A stretch of DNA of 62,392 nucleotides, filler included, from Choristocarpus tenellus KU-1152 (GCA_964200185.2; 14 parts of 14 records of this genome joined end to end with filler, not necessarily neighbours in it), one strand, 5' to 3'. Positions 1-11,999 are shown, counted from the whole stretch's first letter. Translations and numbers: made by a program. The notes: generated by a model not told the origin, from the letters alone.

Positions 1-319
1 ATGTGTAGGGCGGAGTGAAATTAATAGTGTAAGATTGGTTTCCATCCAATCCCCCGAACGGATAGATACGTTGTATCTTTTCAGCGGCGCACGCCATTGA
101 ATCCATGGTATGTTGCGGGGTCCCTCTATGTGCGGCACTGCCGTCACTACCCCCACGTCTCAAGAAATGCCACTGTCCGATTGTGTGTTAATGCATGTAC
201 ATCACCGACTGTTGTATCTCACCTGTACTACTTCGTACTGTCTTGCGCGGCCAATTTCGTGGTCCTTCGCAACCATGGATCCCTGCGTTGCGTTGTTGCG
301 CCCAATTAATGATCTGGAA

Positions 320-481
320 AAATACTACACCGTCTGTTTAACGCTCTCATTCGATGACACACGCGACAGGTATTCATGCCCAAAGTGCTCCATCACGCAT
401 ATGGGCGAGTGTGCCTACGCGGAGATTAGAGACGACGAGAGGCACAAGGATCGATTATGTATCAAATGCCCCATGGCATAG
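320..481 (+). pseudogene. PHD-like Cys/His zinc-finger fragment, possibly TE cargo
   Basis: ORF 110..481 ends YYTVCLTL...YSCPKCSITHMGECA...LCIKCP, a degenerate C4HC3-like spacing. Confidence 0.3.
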
Positions 482-1659
482 GAGGGCAGTGAAGGGTCTG
501 GATCGGTGGGGAACGAAGCGGCGGGTTGAGGCAGGGGCAAGGGCAAGGGTAAGGCTCGCGCAAGGAGCGCGGGTGGGTCACCCACGACGCAAAGCCTTTT
601 ACGTCCCCCCTCACACAGCAAAACGGCCGACATGGAGAAGTGCATGTGGGTCTCGGCGTGGTTGCACATTATACAGACACACAAGTCGTCTCTGCATGTT
701 TGCTTTCGCAGTGGTTTGCACATAGGTCTTGGCTACTTGTACATCACGTGGATTGCTCGTCCTTTGTACCTTGGATGTGTCGCTTTTTTGGAGGGTTCCA
801 TTGGCCATGGAACAGAGTGTTTTGATGTCTACTCTCCTTCCACGAGATGCATCTGATGAGTCTGGCGTTGTGGAGGGTACAGCCTGACATTTTGGAGATG
901 CCGTGGAAGTATGGTATGGAACCCACTTAATGAAAGATTGCCTGCACTGTAGCTTACTATGCCGTCCTTCTTATCGTGCTGTCTGTCTACTGTGTTGTGT
1001 GTCATGATGTCCAAGCAGGAGTGAGAACACTGCACTACACGACCTTCGTCCTCTCGACCCCACGGTATCCTTAGACAAACTTGGTGATTTCGCCTTCCAC
1101 AACGCGCCAAAGCTCGCCATAGTGTCCATTGCCGCCGAGCCAAGACTCCTCATTGAAGAAGAGGCGACCAACACACACCTGCGCGAGGTGCTTCAGTGCT
1201 TGCGGCCTAAGATGCATCCTCAGGGCACCATTGCGCTCATTGTGCCCCACCCGTGGAAGGCGCAATTACACCGCCTAGTAGGTGAGTATTAGAGTTCGCA
1301 AGTGCTAGAATACGGGGCATATTGCGGGAGACGGATGCGATCCGGATGGCCGTTATCATTCCGTCCGTGTGCCGATCGAAATATTGTGAAACCGTTCAGG
1401 AGATGCGGATTAGGTCGTGCGTATTCCTTTTTCACTTTCCCCATGTTGTTTCATGTCCTTCGTACCTTCTACTTCCTTTTGTGTCACTTGCTCTTTCCCT
1501 GGCAACTATGTACTTCTTTGTTTCATTGTCCGTGAATTGCATGCTGGCGTTACTCGTCTTCACTACATTGTTTTTGCCATATTTACTTCTATTATTACTT
1601 AATTTCCTATTGTTTGCAATTTTTGCATTGGTTATTTGCCTTGCGTTCCACACTCATTG

Positions 1660-1918
1660 GAGCTAAAGTATCTTAGAGGGTATAGTCTTGTCCTTTTGGG
1701 GGTCGAAATCCCATGTTGTGATTTTGATGTGATTTTGTCTATCGTGCATGTTAGAAAGTGACAATATCCTTGTTCCGGACACAACTTTTCATAACGTATA
1801 TATTTCACCTACTCCGAAATATTTTGGAGTAGGAAAATGTAAATAAAAAACCCATGCGGAGCCAAGCCCCAAACGGACAAACAGGTCAAAATTCGTACCC
1901 TCTAAGATACTTTCACTC
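1660..1918 (+). mobile_element. MITE family A, complete (259 bp)
   Basis: TIRs GAGCTAAAGTATCTTAGAGGGTA / TACCCTCTAAGATACTTTCACTC, with a 4-bp TSD ATTG on both sides. There are about 11 copies or fragments in the window. Confidence 0.92.
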
Positions 1919-4006
1919 ATTGTACTATTATAATGTTAGTGGTACGAGATTTCATGAATCCCTACGATAACTACTAGCGTAATGTCACAGTCAAGTTTGA
2001 CGCATGCCAGACCCACGCACTTGCTCCCACCTTCTCTTCATCCAGAGGCTCTTACTGCGTCGAAGGTGGGCTTGATTGTGGTGGAGCATCCCCTAACCCT
2101 AATATACAAGACGAGGAGGGGGGGGCGCCCTCAATTAGGCACAGATATAGCCATCTCAGATGTTGTCAGGACATGATTCTTCTCGCGCACAACGATGGGA
2201 TAATGTTCACATGCAATAAGCGAGTCACCGTCGACGATATCTTTGGCCACGGGTGTGATGCATCTCCTCCGGTACTCCAAACCATGTTGGACGTCCAATA
2301 CGAAGGTGCTGCAACGGACATCCCCATGAGGGCCCTCCACTTCCTCGTTAACAGGTTCGTTAATAACGTCACACACAACCTTCTTCACAGAAGCAGCGAT
2401 TTTTTATAGTATAGGTGTAGGACATCGTTAAACAGTAACAGAACGAGCTGGGTGACGGTTCAGGGGCGTCAATCCATCCCACGAGTTTATTTCTCGAATC
2501 GGTACGTTAAGCGTCAAAACGCACCAAGAGTGTGTTGCCCTGTATCGGAATGTTACTTATACATTGCGACATGATGAATCCGTGCGCACTACAATATACC
2601 ACGTTAGGGATAATTTACGAACTGCCCTCCTATGATAGGTACATGAATGCCGGGGACACCGTCGTCTCCTACAGCACAGAGAGGCACAATGTGGTGGAGG
2701 CGGCCCTTGAACGGAGCAGGAGGGTGGAGGTGTTCGTGTCCAACGCGGCTTCAAAGGACGAGGTGAAAGAGAAGATGGACACGTCCTTCGGCTAAGCCTA
2801 CAAGGACGGCAAGTGGAAGGTAAGAAGGATGTGCAGGCTTTTTTTTTCCGTTGCCTTTCCAACTTGTTGTTTGCCTACGTTCCCTATGGATAGGTCTCGG
2901 GTGTGCAATTGTACTGGTGATGTTTCCTTGTAGATGTTTACACGTTGCCAACAGAGTGCACACAGTTACCCACACCACCGCTGGAAATTGCGAGTCCCCA
3001 AGACTTTGATGTGATCGTCGGTACATCATAATGTCCTCCTTCCCCGCACGAACAAAAAACAAACGTGCTGCAGTACACCACAACATCTTTAACCAACGCT
3101 GGAATAACCCATATATATGTGACAAAACCTTATCGCATGGCTAACCCACTTCACTGCCACATTGTTGGGCTACCACATGTACGCACATGGTGTTCCAGGT
3201 ATCCACGTCTCTTGTTCAGGAACGCGTGATAGACCCTTCCTGCCTGCCGGAAGCCTTGGGGCAGACCCTCGTCCCAACGGAGATGCAGCGATGTTTTGCT
3301 GAGGCCGTCCATCCTCAGGGAAAGGCAATGGGACGCGATGAGGCGACCATTTTCGTTGCGAAGACGGTGGCGACGGACTTCGGCTACCAGATCGAGGTGA
3401 ATGTAGTATAGAATGCACTAACTTGCGTATTTCGTGAAGATCGAACGGCAGAGTTTAGTTACCGGCACGCAGAAAATACTATTTTTTTTTATTCCCGAGT
3501 CCTAACCTACCTAATGCGGCACCCAAATACATCGTGTACAAAAATATGGGCCTTACAGGTAAGTATTGCATCAGTAGTGTGTTCGACTTTTTGTTACGAT
3601 AAGGTTGCCGTTTTTGCATTCATGAATCGCCGTACTCTGCCCCCTCCCCATCAACACCCCTCGACCCCACCCAACCCCACCGCCGTCTTTGTCTTCCGCA
3701 ATATTCAGCCGCGTGCAAGCTCGTCCTCGAATCCTGCGGAAATGGCCCTGTTCCCGCTTGAAGGGAAAGACTACAAAGTCGGCGGAAATGACCTCCCTGC
3801 GTGGGGTGATCTCGAAGTGTGCAACTCTCGATCAGAGGCCTTCAGTTCGATCTCTCCTGAAGACCAAGAAGAACAGTACATTCGTCTACTTCATGTGGCC
3901 AACAACAGACAGCTCAAGCGCATGCTTTCGCCTGGAATGGAGGTGTGTGGGCCGGGCGCAGAGCTCTACTTGCGCGTGGCAGCCACTTGCCCTCTGTACT
4001 ACATGC

Positions 4007-4106
4007 NNNNNNNNNNNNNNNNNNNNNNNNNNNNNNNNNNNNNNNNNNNNTTAATTAATTAANNNNNNNNNNNNNNNNNNNNNNNNNNNNNNNNNNNNNN
4101 NNNNNN
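4007..4106. other. Artificial contig-joining linker (N44-TTAATTAATTAA-N44), first of 13
   Basis: Identical 100-bp spacers with stops in all six frames at 4007, 9402, 12489, 16018, 19116, 24887, 28863, 34117, 40743, 45289, 51331, 55394 and 58809. There is also a separate 9-N gap at 23058-23066. Confidence 0.98.
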
Positions 4107-4832
4107 CGAAACTGGTCACTGATTAGAGGGATAGCAACCCTCGGGCGAAACCTCAACAAGTCTAACAAATTGCGATCCCCGGGAGTAGCTTTTGTAGCTC
4201 AGGGGTTTACTAGTGTTTCAACAACAATACCTTAGAGTTTCGGGTTAGTTTGACGGTTGGCAGACTACTATAAAATAGAGGGCGATGATTGTAAGTATGC
4301 ACGGGCGGTCTGTGGTTGATTGAGAAGTGCGTACGTGCGGTTCTCACGTCGCGCGTGGTGTCGACGTGAAGGGAAGCCACAGATGTGACATAATGGGTCA
4401 ACGATATATATTGCGTCTTTAGTATATTTGGGTGTGCAAGGGGCGGGAGGGGGGAGTCTGTCGCCAGTGGCAAATAGAGGCCGATTATTGTGAGTGGGGG
4501 GACCGTGCGCGTAGTATATGTGCTATCTATTCCTGTAACAAGTGTTTGGCAAATGGCAGACGTTAATATGGGGAAGAAAATGATAACTTCCGAGTTTTGC
4601 GCGAGTTTGCTGGTTGGTAGACTTAAGCGAAATATGGGAAAATGGTTGTAGGTGTGCGCGGACGATCTGCCGTCGATTGAGAAGTACGTATGTGCGATTC
4701 TCACGCTGCCCGTGGTGTCAACAAAAAGGGAAGGCATAGATGTCACATAATTTCCAATGATATCGATTACCTGTTTAGTGTATTGGTGGACAAGGGGCAG
4801 GAGGGGGGAGTCTGTCACCAGCGGCAAATAGA

Positions 4833-5091
4833 GAGTGAAAGTATCTTAGAGAGTACGAAGTTTTCCCTATTTATCCATTTGGGGCTTGGCTGCCCACGGG
4901 TTTTTAATGACATTTTACCTACTCCAAGCTAGTTCGGAGTAGGTAAAATGTGCGCGTTATGAAAAGGAGTGTCCGGAACAAGAATATTGACATCTCGTAA
5001 CAAAAATGATAGCCAAAACTACATCTTAATTGCAATATTGGATTTTGGCCCCCACATGGACGCAAATCTACTCTTTAAGATACTTTCACTC
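4833..5091 (-). mobile_element. MITE family A, complete, in array
   Basis: GAGTGAAAGTATCTTAGAG...AAGATACTTTCACTC, 259 bp, with flanking AGA duplicated relative to the empty unit at 4470. Confidence 0.92.
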
Positions 5092-5454
5092 AGAGGCTGA
5101 TTGTTGTGAGTGAGGGGGGACCGTGACGTAGTATATGTGCTACCTATTCCTGTAACATGTGTGTTTGGTAAATGACAGATGTTAATATGGGGAAAAAAAA
5201 AAAAACTTTGAGTCTCGCGCGAGTTTGGCGGTTGGTAGACTTGAGCAAAATAGAGTGCGATTGTTAGTTGTAAGTGTGCGCGGACGGTCTGCAGTCGATT
5301 GAGAAGTGCGTATGTGCGATTCTCACGCTGCACGTGGTGTCAACGTAAAGGGGAGGCATGGATGTCACATAATTTGCAACGATATCTATTGCGTGTTGAG
5401 TGTATTGGTGGACAAGGGGCGGGAGGGGGGAGTTTGTCGCCAGAAGCAAATAGA

Positions 5455-5713
5455 GAGTGAAAGTATCTTAGAAGGCACTAGTTTTTCCCTGTTTGTCCAT
5501 TTGGGGCTTGGTTGCCCATGGGTTTTTAATGACATTTTACCTACTCCAAGATATTTCAGATTAGGTAAAATGTGCACGTTATGAAAAGGAGTGTCCGGAA
5601 CAAGGATATTGACATCTCGTAACAAAAATGATAGCCAAAACTACATCTTAATTACAATATTGGATTTTGACCCCCAAATCAACGAGACTATACGCTCTAA
5701 GATACTTTCACTC
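5455..5713 (-). mobile_element. MITE family A, complete, in array
   Basis: Same TIRs, same site in the unit and same orientation as the 4833 copy. Confidence 0.92.
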
Positions 5714-6335
5714 AGAGGCCAATTATTGTGAGTGGGGGGGACCGTGACATAGTATATGTACTACCAATTCCTGTAACACGTGTGTTTGGTAAATGACAGA
5801 CGTTAATATGGGGAAGAAAACAATAACTTAGAGTTTTGGGTTAGTTTGACGGTTGGCAGACTTCTATAAAATAGAGGGCGATGATTGTAAGTATGCACGG
5901 ACGGTCTGTGGTTGATTGAGAAGTGCGTACATGCGGTTCTCACGTCGCGCGTGGTGTCGATGTGAAGGGAAGCAATGGGTGTGACATAATGGGTCAATGA
6001 TATATATTGCGTCTTTAGTAAATGGATTAGCAAGGGGCGGGAGGGGGGAGTTTGTCGCCAGTGGCAAATAGAGACCGATTATTGTGAGTGGGGGGGGCCG
6101 TGAAAGCAGTATATGTGCTACTTATTCCTGTAACAAGTGTTTGGCAAATGGCAGACGTTAATATGGGGAAGAAAACGATAACTTTGAGTTCTGCGCGAGT
6201 TTGACGGTTGGTAGACTTATGCAAAATAGATGGCAATGATTGTAAGTGTGCGCGGACGACCTGCTGTCGATTGAGAAGTGCATATGTGCGATTCTCACGC
6301 TGCCTGTGGTGTCGGCGTGAAGGAAAAGCACGAAT

Positions 6336-6594
6336 GAGCCAAAGTATCTTAGAGGGTAGGGCCGCGTCCATTTGGGGACCAAAATCCAATGTTGCGATTT
6401 TGATGTTATTTTGGTTGTCAAGTTTGTTTGGAAGTGTCAATATCCTTGTTCCAGACACACCTTTTCATATTGCATACATTTTGCCTACTGCGAAACTTCT
6501 GGAGTAGGAAAATGTCATAAAACAAACTCGTGGGAAGCCAAGCCCCGAATGGACAAACAGGGCAAAATTCGTACCCTCTAAGATACTTTCACTC
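6336..6594 (+). mobile_element. MITE family A, complete, independent insertion in array
   Basis: GAGCCAAAGTATCTTAGAGGGTA...TACCCTCTAAGATACTTTCACTC. Opposite orientation and a different site from the other array copies, with AAT duplicated. Confidence 0.92.
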
Positions 6595-6688
6595 AATGTC
6601 ACATAATTTGCAACGATATCGATTACCTGTTTAGTGTATTGGTGGACACGGGGCGAGAGGGGGCAGTCTGTCGCCAGAAGCAAATAGA

Positions 6689-6931
6689 GAGTGAAAGTAT
6701 CTTAGAGGGTACGAGTTTTTCCCTGTTTGTCCATTTGGGGCTTGGCTGCCCACGGGTTTTTGATGAAATATTTCACCTACTGTGAAGTATATACGTTATG
6801 AAAAGGAGTGTCCGGAACAAGGATATTGACATCTCATAACAAAAATGATAGCCAATACTGCACCAAAACTGCAATATTGAATCTTTGTCTCCCAAGTGGA
6901 CGCGACTCTACCCTCTAAGATACTCTCACTT
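6689..6931 (-). mobile_element. MITE family A, internally deleted (243 bp), in array
   Basis: Same site and orientation as 4833 and 5455. One arm of the central hairpin is missing. Confidence 0.9.
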
Positions 6932-7293
6932 AGAGGCCAAATATTGTGAGTGGGGGGGACCGTGGACGTAGTACATGTGCTACCTATTCCTGTAACGAGT
7001 GTGTTTGGTAAACGACAGACGTTAATATGGGGAAGAAAACAATAACTTTGAGTTTTGCGCGAGTTTGCCAGTTGGTAGATTTACGCAAAATAGAGGGTGA
7101 TGATTATAAGTGTGCACAGACGGTCTGTGGTCGATTGAGAAGTACATATGTGCGATTCTCACGCTGCACGTGGTGTCAACATAAAGGGAATCACGATGTG
7201 ACATAATTTTCAACGATATCTATTGCGTGTTTGGTGTATAGGAGGGCAAGGGGCGTACGGCATAGGGTTGTTGCCAGTGGCAAACGAGGCCGA

Positions 7294-9401
7294 TCATTGT
7301 GAGTGGGGGGGACCGTCATGTGGAGGGTGCCCTACCTTTGTCACAATTGTCTGTCCGGGAGGAACCTTATGGCCTTTGCGGTAGCGCCACTCTTCCTCTG
7401 GTGTTGGATTCCTCAAGGTGTATTGTGTTTTGGTTTCCTTGATTGTCTCCACGAGGGATGAGGTTCCTGGCATGCGCACACCGTCTAGTTTCAGTCTCCT
7501 GGCAGCAGACTTCGCCACAGCCCCAACTCCATCGGACATGGACTTGCCGTGACAGGAGACAAAGAATTTGTGTACTACGGAAATTCCCGTCCGCGCTAAG
7601 ACTGAGAAACCCACTACATCTTCCATCTGTTCTTGAACTGACTCCCGCAGCCATCGGACCAGATGTGGAGGACCTCTAGGGTCTGTCCATATTCCCGAGC
7701 TAGAGATATTAGGTGGTCTTTCACACAAACATCTCCACGGCGTTCTGGACGAACTCGTTGTCTTGGCTTCAGTCCTCACTACACACCGTAATGCTGTGAG
7801 CCCAAACCCTTCCCTTCCTAAGATTTCCCTCTTCCCTGAGATCTCTCAACAACCAAACAATGGTCAGAGGCACCTTGAGGAATAGATTGAAGAACTCTTG
7901 TTGTGTCAAGTCTTTGTGGTTGTGTTGAAGGTGGGCGCTGAAATCCATAGACATTGCGGCGTGTCCTTTAGGGAGGCGGGATTTGCAGTGTTTGTATTGT
8001 TGCGCCTGCCAAATGGTGGTGTTATGATGAATGAAGAAGCTCTTGTCAAAGTTTGCAAAGATGACCTTTAGGATTGTAGGGAATCCCTCCATCTGTGGGA
8101 ACAGCAGCACCTGCATTGAATGGGCCAGGTGGTTGCGTTTTGAGCGTTAGAGCTGGTGAAACGTCGTAGTGGTGCAGGCTTTGTTGCGGTGTAGTCGCAA
8201 CTGTTCGGTGATGTGCGTGGGAGTATCTGCCCGTTATTTGACGAATACGTCGTGACCCATTCAATTTACACTATATTTTCACCTGAAGGAGACTCTCACT
8301 CACCTTTTGCCTCCGGTTGTGCTTGTCCATAGACCCTGGGGCGTCTTCATCGTTGTTCTCCTCGGTCTGTTCCTCCTGAAGTCGGGGGCAGATTCTTCTA
8401 CCATGCACTTGGGCGAGAATCAAGTCGCCGATCATGAGATTATCCGCCCTCAGCTCTACATATTTTGCCTTGATTATCTGGAAAATGTCATCTTTGGTGG
8501 CCCTGCTGAGGGCTGTGATGCCAAGTCTAGAGGACAGCGCCTTGGCAGCAGTGTACAAGGAGGTAGAGATTTATTGCAGCATGGATGGGCGGTTGGGATG
8601 TTGACATGGGGATATGCGCGACTGGTAGGGTTAGTTGCTGTATCCGTCCTGGACTCGGCGTGAGGGTGGGACCGGACAGGTGCAACATCCAAACTCAATT
8701 ATTGGTTGATTGTTTACGTAAGGCACACCTTGATCTCCGGGGAAGTCTTTCATTGCAGGTCCACCTCCACCACTGGGGTGTATGCATGGGCCAACTCATT
8801 CCATGTGACACGGGTGCTGTGTGAGTCAACATACAAGGGGATTTTCAGATCGGATGAGATTTCCAGTCCACTTGTCACATGTACCGTCGACACAAGAATT
8901 TTTGAAACTGCCCAAGGAACCGCCAGAGGACGGTTCGCTGAGGAGCTCCAGCACGGTCCTCTAGGATCTGTTTTGTTTCGATTAGTCCAAAAGTGGTTGT
9001 TGGTGTCAGTGTAGAGGTCTGAGTATCGCATCACATGTCACCAGTGAAGTCCGGCTGTAACTACCACATGTGTAGAGGACGGGGTAAAACGGTTTGAGAG
9101 CGAGTATGCAGTGTGTGTTTCTAAACTGGGTTGATTATTTTGTTGCTGCTCCAGCTCGTCATGTGACACATTGATCACGGCATGGGTGTGATTTCGCACC
9201 GAACCTCACAGCAAGAAGGCCATCATATCAGCAGCACTTTCAAGTGCGGCCTCCACCTTTTCAGAGCCGCATCCTTTGCCTTTTTGTGACAGAATGCGCA
9301 TGTGCATGCGCAAGCCCGTTGTCCATCATTGCCAATGATCGTCCTCGCATGTACTTTCTTCCAAGTTCTCTCTTTGGTACTGAACCTGAAGGTCGGTGGT
9401 C
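7294..9401 (-). pseudogene. Decayed Sola (Sola2-like) DDD DNA transposase
   Basis: Ordered motifs across frameshifts and stops: CACTCAFCH (~9300), SCVDGTCDK (~8890), HHNTTIWQAQQY..L....MSMDFS (D ~7944), CSED*SQDNEFV, LHIWSDGCGSQFKNRW (D ~7654), FFVSCHGKSMSDGVGAVAK (D ~7532). The 5' end runs into the linker. Confidence 0.75.
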
Positions 9402-9832
9402 NNNNNNNNNNNNNNNNNNNNNNNNNNNNNNNNNNNNNNNNNNNNTTAATTAATTAANNNNNNNNNNNNNNNNNNNNNNNNNNNNNNNNNNNNNNNNNNN
9501 NCCCGCTGCACAAGGCATGGCTTCCGCTTTATTCCCCTACCAGCAACGTACTGTACTGCTGTATAGTAGCATGACCCAGGAAGAAGGGCACTATTCGCGA
9601 AAAAAAAATGCGCGCGCGCCAAACTCGCGTGAATATCTCTGGTATTCTGTGCCAAATCGCCCGAATACGAGAATTCCGGTACAAAATCCTATTTTTATGC
9701 ATGTCGAAAAAAGCGGTACAAAATTGAGTATTTTTTATTTGGTTCATAATATTTGGCCAAAAATAGGGTAAACTACTGTAATCAGATGCCGAGTAGGTCA
9801 TAGATAATAATAGTCTAATCATCGATTAAGTA

Positions 9833-11094
9833 GTGCCAGTAGCTTCGCCCTCTGTCGTAATCTTGAATTTTTTCACCAGAGCATCACAACAGATATACAA
9901 CAATAGATGCATCAAATGGAAGGGTATGATAAAACCTTTTGAAGGTTATAGTGGTTTTTGTATAACCTTAAGGGAACGGGAGCTATGTCCCGATCAAATA
10001 ATGGAAAAAGACGCGGGGGAATATCTCCGGCGCAATTTTGAAGGTCATGACTTCAAAGATACACAAATGAAGTGGTTGACTGAACTCCTTGCAGAAAACT
10101 GATCCGGGGTAGGTCCCCGCCCAAGTTTGGTTGGTGAGATGTTCCCGAAAACAAAATCAAGATTTCCAGGCCTCTTTTTTTACACCTTATGCAGACTTTC
10201 TGTGGGGGGGGACACACGTGACTTACACACCAACATGAACCGCGACGGTGAGACAAGGAGAGCCGCTGAGGTCACTCTGCCCCCTGGATCTACCCTCGGC
10301 ACCTTCTCTGTCGAGAGGCCTAGGAAAAGCACGTACCGTGTGACACTCAGTGCAATGTTAGGTGACGATAAAGTGCGAGTAGTGTGGTGCAGCAGCACGA
10401 TCAAATTGCGAAATGGACCATGCAGTCGCGACACTGACGCTGAGAGAAGATGCATTGAAAGCATTACCACACAAACGTCGTTGGGTCTTCAAACACGTCG
10501 GAGAACTGCTCTGCAGTCTCTGCCACCTCGGGAAAACAGGAAGAGAGCGGTGAGTCCATCACCAGGTGGTACAGTGACGAAGTCTGTGGGGAAGCGTGAT
10601 CGTGGCGGGTGAAGAAGAACCAGAGTGGCCGCTCAAAGGGAAGGTTGGGGAAGAGAGCAGTGCGACTGTATGCCATTGCACTCAGGAAACCCTTAGGCGA
10701 AAACGCGGGTGTAGAATATCTTAGTAGTCGACAGTTGCAGCAGGCCCTGGCTGTTTGGAAGCTGTGCGACCCGGAGTGACTTAAGGAAACGAGAAAGAAG
10801 GCGTTAGGGTTGGGCTACAAGGGCTCTGAAGCCCGAAAGAAGGTCGAAAGGGCTCGCAAGGCGGAGGAGAGAGCGATCGTGACAATGGCAGCCGTGGAGA
10901 CTTTTCAATACCACCAAATCCTTTACTTAGAAGAGGTCTCGAAGCAGGTGGAGGTAGCCATTGACATAGACGCCAGAGAAGAGGAGGAGGTGAGATTGAG
11001 ACTATTTGCACACCGATGGTTTGGTGTCTCCCACTTCTTGCAAGATGTCGTGCATTCACGTTTGTTCCTCCTGGATTTAGGGTTGAACGTATAA
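9833..11094 (+). pseudogene. Degenerate long reading frame of unknown family
   Basis: ORFs 9833..10102 and 10127..10612 are in the same frame, separated by one TGA. A charged helical-looking segment follows at 10810..11094. Confidence 0.35.
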
Positions 11095-11999
11095 AGTTGA
11101 TCAAGGCTTTCTCCCCGCCTGTATTCATTCGAGAAATCAACAGGAAGAAAGGGTGGGGAGGCTTTTTTCCCGTCTAAACCCTATACTTCAATCAAGTAAT
11201 GGTGTATCTGTTGCCACTCTTGGTCACCTACAATCCAGGGCTCGATCCCCAATATGAGCACTCTTTCTTCAAAAAAATAAAAAAGTGGAGAAAAAAACGA
11301 AGCCCGTATTCTGGAGGACCTTGTGACGGGCATCACGAATATCCTTTTATGCTTTTAATCCGATGTCTACATCAAACATTATGACGGGACAACCCCAGGG
11401 GGCGAAGCTACTGCTACCACTATAGCACTTGCATTTATAACTGGGAAGGTTGGAATAGAAGACACATGAATTATAGAACTTATCAGAGCTACGTACTTTG
11501 TAACTTTTGAAGGTCTTGTTCAGAAGAAACAAGTCTATACTCGGATTAGGTCAGACACAATTTGACGGAGATTGTATTGTATGACCTTATGCACTTTGAA
11601 GCGAGCATGGATAAATTAATTGTTACAGGTGAGTAGTGCGAGTATTTTTTCCCGCGCCTTAACCGGCGCGAGCAGTGTACATGCCTGGGGAACCCCAAAG
11701 GGGCAACTCCGATTTGCTAAAATGTAGCAGAATAAAATCTGTAACTCGGGAAATTCGCAAGGGTTCCCTGATGGAAAAGGTCGCAAGGATTCTCAGATAT
11801 ATTCCAATGTCTGCAAACCAAAGAAGCCCCAACGGTAAATGATGATAAGAGATCCTAAAAACGGCTCCAAATGGCTCAGTGCGTCTCTAGAGACGCATCT
11901 ATAGCACTCTCTATCTGATACCAATAAGAATTTCTTATGCTGATTGATTTATTGAGAGTACCCCTGTTCTACTGAGCTGACGTTCGTTAACCTGTGGAT

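Larger units (their letters stand above)
4219..7345. repeat. ~355-bp tandem array (about 6 units) interrupted by four family-A MITEs
   Basis: The anchor GCAAATAGAGGCCGATTATTGTGAGTGGGGGGACCGT recurs at about 4470, 4824, 5446, 6064, 6680 and 7280. Spacing is about 350-365 bp once the MITEs are removed. Confidence 0.93.

Noticed and set aside
1322-1666. Hydrophobic 114-aa 'membrane protein'
   Set aside because: It is a T-rich low-complexity sequence ending in a MITE TIR, with no family motif.
4210-7213. Many ORFs within the array and MITEs (e.g. ..ESILEG.., ..HTYNH..) as genes
   Set aside because: They are translations of repeats, and the frames are not conserved between copies.
4219-7345. CRISPR-like or guide-RNA array
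   Set aside because: Units are homologous along their whole ~355 bp with no unique spacers, the context is eukaryotic, and no Cas/RuvC/HNH ORF was seen.
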